The notes beneath the pieces are model-generated. The model worked only from the letters and a program-made list of their open reading frames with translations, was not told where the DNA came from and searched no databases. 64,000 nucleotides of DNA, taken from positions 177,878,001 to 177,942,000 of the forward strand of contig OX597815.1 of the NCBI GenBank assembly GCA_951406725.2. Reading direction: 5' to 3'. The stretch is from Octopus vulgaris (taxonomy: Eukaryota). Below, one piece after another: positions 57,819-64,000 of this stretch (position 1 is the stretch's first letter; every line of letters begins with the position of its first letter). The position numbers and the translations under genes are program-made.

Positions 57819-57937
57819 GTATATAATATATATATATATACATACGTATGTATACATATATATATATGTATATGTATATATACATATATATATATATACG
57901 TATGTATACATTTATATATATATGTATATATATACAC

Positions 57938-58029
<92 letters not shown>

Positions 58030-58663
58030 TACTCATACATATATTGCATATATGTCCCACATATATTCTATCTAAATAAAACGCGTGATACCTTTGGCCA
58101 GGAAAATATTTGATCATAGTTCTGCTCGGTTTCGGCTGAGCAAGGGCAAATTGGAAACCAACATCAACTTTAAGGGCTTCCTGCAACCCATTATATCTCA
58201 TAAGACAAAGACACATCTCCATAGGAAAACGTAATTAGATAAGCATTATATGATATCGTTATATAATTAGTATATAACATCTTAAAAGGGAAACTTGAAA
58301 TGTAAACAAAATTTCGCCGATGCCCGCCAAATAAAAATCAAAGCTCGATTCAGAAATATCAGTGATCCAAATCTACGCTCTAACAATGATCTAATTGCGG
58401 AATGAAAATTGACATCGTTTGTTGAAATTACCAGCGATAGAGGATGCAGAAGACGTAACTGGAATACACAGTCTCCTTCGTAAGAAAATCAGTAATAACA
58501 ACTACTAAAATATTCGCCAGTTAAAACAATCTCCAACCCGATTTATCAATACCGTTAATATACCTGTGTGTGTGTGTGTGTCCGTGTGTATACGTGTCTC
58601 TGTGTACGTATTTCTGTATGGAGAAGAAATGAGAGTGCTTATCTGCACATATTTACTCTCCCC

Positions 58664-58763
58664 CTCTCTCTCTCTCTCTCTCTCTCTTTGTACTCTCTCT
58701 CTCTCTCTCTCTCTTTGTACTCTCTCTCTCTCTCTTTGTACTCTCTCTCTCTCTCTCTTTGTA

Positions 58764-58814
<51 letters not shown>

Positions 58815-58820
58815 TACTCT
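58664..58820. repeat. (CT)n punctuated by recurring TTGTA (higher-order microsatellite)
   Basis: ctctctttgta recurs five times. Confidence 0.9.
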
Positions 58821-60194
58821 CGATTTGCGTTACATCAACATCTTGTTCACTTTGGGTTTATATACCAAGTAAATTTTCACCGAGTATTCCAACGTGCCTT
58901 TCTTTGCTTTCGATTTTTCATGTTGTTGTAAAGAAATAATTTATTTCCCCTTTGTCTGAAAAATACATTACGGTCTTTTCACTTCAATTGTATTCAATGA
59001 AAACTCCAAACTCATTTACATTTTCAATATATAATATCTTACTTTTCTTCTTGCCTGTTTGAATATCACTGTATTCTTTTGAAATATATAAGCAAATTGC
59101 TTTAAAAAATGCTCGTTGATATTCACGTTTCGGGCTTTTGGAAAAACTCTTATATTATTATTTAATTGTAAGTCACTTAAAATGATCGATGGAATGCAAC
59201 TTTTTAAAGCAAACTTTTCTACACTAAATTTTATTCTACAATAATCTATCAATAAACGTTTCCATCAGAAAGGGTTATTGTAAAGATATCTTACAGAAGA
59301 ACAATGTAGAAGAAATGTGTATGGACATCACTTTGGTGTTGCTCCATACATTTCGTGCTGTTGTTGCACAGCGTGAATGACTATACTTCAAACCAATGTA
59401 AACACTAACCAACAGATTTTCGAACATTTAAACACCGATATATTATAAATGTTCCTCGCTTGAAATATAATGAAGAGATACGTGCTGTACAGAAGGTAAC
59501 CCCAGTTAAGTATTTGATGGCGGTTTTTATCACGTACTTCATTCCGGCGATTGCGAAAACAGAAATGTCATAAAATGCAGGAAAAGAGGCTCAACTGCGC
59601 CAAAAATGACCTTTGCTCGTGACATATAAACTGTTTATTCTGTGTTTTTTAAACATTATATATTCATAACGACATTGTCTCGGGACGTATACCGCACTTA
59701 ATTAGAATTTCAATGGTCTGCCTGCTGTGTGTATGATACACAAATTACGTTTCTAAACTAGTAATGCTCTCTTTATTCATACCCCATTTTATTCAGCATG
59801 TCAGCTAATTAAACATCAGATATTTTTTAATTTAAATATTTTTGCGATATGTGTAAGGGCTGATAGGGGACATCCACGAACAATAGAAGGCAGAAATGTG
59901 CATTTACCAATGCTACCATCGGTATTATTGCATGTTTGTTTTTCGTATGTTTCTCCACTGTAGTTATTTGGAACTCATCATTGGATGTCCCGCGTGCATT
60001 TGGATGCCTAAACGCAATGGAAGACCAGGAAAATATCATATTGCACTCAGTCAGACATGAGATGCAGAGAGTATTGAAGAACAGAAGTAGACAGAAGGCA
60101 ATGAAGAGAGAAAAATGAAAAATATAAAGAAGCTCATAGCAGTAAAGTGGAAAAACAGCAAAGGTATATTAAATAAATAAATACATATATATTG

Positions 60195-60440
60195 TTTGTT
60201 CCTTCTCGAGCCATGCCTGGCTCATAAGGGCCGGTTTCCCGGTTTCCTTGGAGTATAGGTTCCCCAGCTGGACGGGACGCCGGTCCGTCGCAGGTGAGCT
60301 GCAAGATGCAGGTGAGCTGCACGATGCAGGTGAGCTGCAAGATGCAGGAGGAAAGAGTGAGCGAAAGTTGTGGAGAAAGAGTCAGCAGAAGTTCGCTCCC
60401 GCCAGTCCGCTGCTATAACCACTAGGCTATGTGACTCCAC
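60195..60440 (-). mobile_element. SINE combining a family-D-like body with a family-C-like V-domain tail; internally deleted
   Basis: gaaagttgtggagaaagagtc shared with family D; ccggtttcccggtttc...cagctggacgggacgcc shared with family C; 18-bp triplication at 60290-60343. Confidence 0.8.
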
Positions 60441-60471
60441 ACACACACACATACACACACACATACACACG

Positions 60472-60520
<49 letters not shown>

Positions 60521-60587
60521 CATAAAAAATATATCCATACACATACATATACCATATACATTTAAATAGAAGATCAATGCAATAATC

Positions 60588-60662
<75 letters not shown>

Positions 60663-60673
60663 GTAATAATAAT

Positions 60674-61117
60674 ATAAACGTATCTGTCAAGACCTACCAA
60701 AAACTGAGCAAATATAAAGATCTTGAAATAGAAATCAGCAAAATGTGGAACCTGAAGACTAAAACAATACCTGTTGTCATAGGTGCCCTGGGAATAAAAG
60801 CAGAAGGGGCTGATCGGTACCTAACTCAGATACCAGGAAACCCCAAAATGGCAGAAATTCAAAAGATAGTGCTGATGGGAACGGCTCATATCCTACGCAA
60901 AATACTTTCTATGTAATCTCAAGTTTTAAAACAAACATACTTTTCGGGGTTTTTTCCTTTTTTTTTTGACATTCACTAGTACAACACTAAATACAAAACC
61001 AAATATATGGCACACTAGGCATAACAACATCACGAACTTCCAACCTGTTGTCTCTTGAGTTCTCTGGGTGAGACTCGGAGCCAACTTGTACAAATATAAA
61101 GCAAAAGTCAAACATAG
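60674..61117 (+). mobile_element. Dong/R4-like non-LTR retrotransposon 3' end (restriction-like endonuclease C-terminus) inside (TAA)n
   Basis: 60677-60916: KTYQKLSKYKDLEIEISKMWNLKTKTIPVVIGALG...IQKIVLMGTAHILRKILSM*; (TAA)n on both sides. Confidence 0.88.
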
Positions 61118-61170
<53 letters not shown>

Positions 61171-62354
61171 CATTATTCTTTATAGTGCTCAGGTGCACTA
61201 CAACTCATCAAAGGTGCAGGTACAGTACACAATACAAATGTCAAGAAAGTGAACGGAGTAAAAGTCACGATATACATGTGAGCATGTGCATGGAGTGGGG
61301 TGGATACCAGGTGTAATGCTGGAAAATTTCAGGAACCATGGAAGATTTAAAGGATGTAATGTCTCGGTACCCCACTACCTCCTTGAAGCTCTTCTATGTA
61401 TTTATAACATGAAATTTATTTTAATTACCTTTATATTTTCTTAAACCTGTGGTTTTCATACATCTTGCTTTTTGCCCATCCACACCACATGAAATAATGT
61501 AAGCGGATAGGGAAAGTGTGCGCGTGTGCGCGGATATGCGAATCTATAGCTTTACTGTCAAGTAGTAAGTCGCCATTTAATTTCAACTGTTATGTTCCCC
61601 TAATGGCTAGAAACGTTATCTCCCTCTCCTACACTTTCTCCCCCACCCCACCCGCCTCTCTTGCTTCCTAGCAAATCCACCATAATATCGTTCCTAAATA
61701 TTTAAACTCTTCTCATTCTTCACTATTTCAATTCCAGACATTCTTTTCTTTTCCTTATATTCTGTATACATGTATATGCAGAGATGCGACAATATATTTA
61801 TTTACCGCTGACATAGTAAAATGACCCCCAGCTTAATATTCACAACAACCTTCCACTAAAGCCAGTACCAATCTAACCTAAATTGCCGCTCCTTCCTCTT
61901 CTCCTGTTTCACTATTTAACAACTTCAGACAATTGTCCACTCCCATATTTTGGACCTCTTCCTTCCTTTCTATTGCCGACCAATTTATTCCTTTCTCCCT
62001 TCGTTTTTTCTATTTTGCTTCTTTCCGCCTTTCTTCCCGTTTCACCACTCATTTTTAATTATATTTCCGGCAAGTTAACTTAGGATTCCTTCATTTAACT
62101 AAGGTACCTATTGCTTAATTAGTAGCTAAATTAGTACTCTTCGTTGAAATATTATTTACTTCTGGGTATCTGCTCGCTATGAAACTGGATTTTACTTGCT
62201 CCGCTCCCTTAATTTGGATATACATACATATATATGTGTGTGTGTGCATGTATGTATGTGTGTGTATCTGTCTGTTTGCATATAGGTATGCATGTGGATG
62301 TATGACTGTTTCGTTTCAAATCTTCGCACAATGCCCACAAGCTCAGAAGATGTG

Positions 62355-62518
62355 CATGTCGATTACATCGACCCTAGTGCTCAACTGGTAGAATTACATT
62401 GATCCCGAAAGGATGAAAGGCAAAGTCGACCTCGCCAGAATATAAACCGAGAAAGTAACGACGGATTAAGCGCTACATAGTATTTTGTCCGGTTATCAGT
62501 TCTAACAGCTCGCCGCCT
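62355..62518 (-). mobile_element. Diverged SINE family A
   Basis: cccgaaaggatgaaaggcaaagtcgacctcg ... cagctcgccgcc. Confidence 0.8.
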
Positions 62519-63749
62519 TGAATTCACTTCAAATATTTAGAAATAATTTTGAAGGGTTGGCTTGTGGAAAGCCCTTGATCAATGTTCTCAATTATCATAC
62601 AGCATGTTTCCTTTGAAATTCAAGAAAATAATCTGCGCGTGTCTTTAGACTGAACTTAGCTCCATCTGTTTTCAATTGTTTTAGTGCGGTGCATGTCCAG
62701 CAGACGTTTTGTACGACGGAAAAATCAGATTGAACGAAACAATGTTATGGAACTGTAATTCCAGTTTATTCTAGATAACTGTCAGAAGCAACACACTTTG
62801 GAACACAAGGATGTATTCAGCACTTTTATAATAAAATACACATTACATGCGCTTATTCATACACGTACATGCGCTTATTCATACACTCTCTCATACATAG
62901 TATCTACACACACATATATATATATATATAGGGACATTTTACGATCACAAATGAGTGAGAAGTAACGACGATAAACATATACGTATGTGTATGTACATGT
63001 ATTTATATATATATGTATATATATATTGAATTTATTTTGTTGTAAATATAAATCACGAATTCAGAGAAGGGATTTATAGAAGTAACAGTTCCCCGGTGGG
63101 ATAATCTAACATATTACTTTACGTTTAGACACATCGTCCTTGTTTTCCTTGAAGAGTTCTAGTGATTATCATTGAGGTGGTCCTCAGAGAACGTTTACAA
63201 GTTATTGGAATACCGATTTAGTCAAACTGCAGAAATTCTATATCATGAGGATTTAGAAAAATATAGCGAATAAACTCCAGTATGATTCCCTGAAGATGAA
63301 TTTTTATTGAACAAAGTAGTGTTAACATTATAGTGATGTCCATAAAAGCCTGCAGACTGCAAGAATTAATAGTTCGTAATAATTAAAACGACAGTAGCAA
63401 TAATAATGGTTTCTTCCATTCTTGCAAATATACAAATGTGTAATAAAGGTAATAGTCACTTAAAGTAACTTTTGCACGAGCGTAAAATATATTTTGTTGG
63501 CGTTGTAGGGAGGAAAGTTAAAGTCACTTTTGATAGTATTTAAACGAAGTAATGTGCGTACTGAGAGTTAAATACTGAAGGGCAGTGAAACCCATACTCA
63601 ATTCTATTGCCGTTAAAAGACATGAGTTTAACACATTTTTCAAACTCTAGCAAAAGTGTAGATATTGTGAGAGAGGTTTCGGTTAGTCTAATCTAATTAC
63701 TGTGGTATATCTTAATTATTAATATTATATTCAAATATAAAACAGTGAA

Positions 63750-64000
63750 CTGAAAAAACCGTTACCACACCGGGCGAAATGCTTAGCAGTATTTCCCCCA
63801 GCTCTTTACCTTCTGAGTTCGAATTCCGCCGAGAGTGTTTTTGCTTTTCCTCTTTTGTGGGGCGATATAATAAATTACCAGTCGAGCACTGGGGCCCATG
63901 CAAATCCACTTAACCCCTCCCTCGAGATTGACGGCCTTGTATCAAAATATGAAATGAATATTATATTCAGATATAAGCCGGAGAGCTGGCAGAATGCTTA
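63750..64000 (+). mobile_element. Diverged SINE family A plus the start of another copy at the window end
   Basis: ccgggcgaaatgcttagcagtatttc...gagttcgaattccgccgag; gagctggcagaatg at the end. Confidence 0.75.

Noticed and set aside
63117-63192. Minus-strand CTGAGGA...TAAACGTA
   Set aside because: G12 missing and stems I and II poorly paired

Overview
AT-rich, microsatellite-dense eukaryotic DNA, most likely an intron or intergenic stretch of an octopus genome (inferred from the tRNA-derived SINE families and repeat landscape). I can identify no intact host protein-coding gene, and nearly all ORF-track hits are translations of microsatellites. The window holds several SINE families, Penelope-like element (PLE) remnants, LINE fragments (CR1-group, RTE-like, Tx1/L1-like, Dong/R4-like), Helitrons, mariner/pogo elements and long fold-back elements. 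The most interesting signal is a set of type I hammerhead ribozyme (HHR) motifs in at least five unrelated sequence contexts. The best one has an intact core with a U3-A8 variant pair and sits in the 78-nt loop of a 372-bp near-perfect hairpin element (36356-36727). Other points: a probable SINE/Tx1-like LINE pairing through a shared 3' tail, SINE arrays joined at one fixed internal site, and two unverified small-exon candidates. All family names are by-eye recognitions, not database results.
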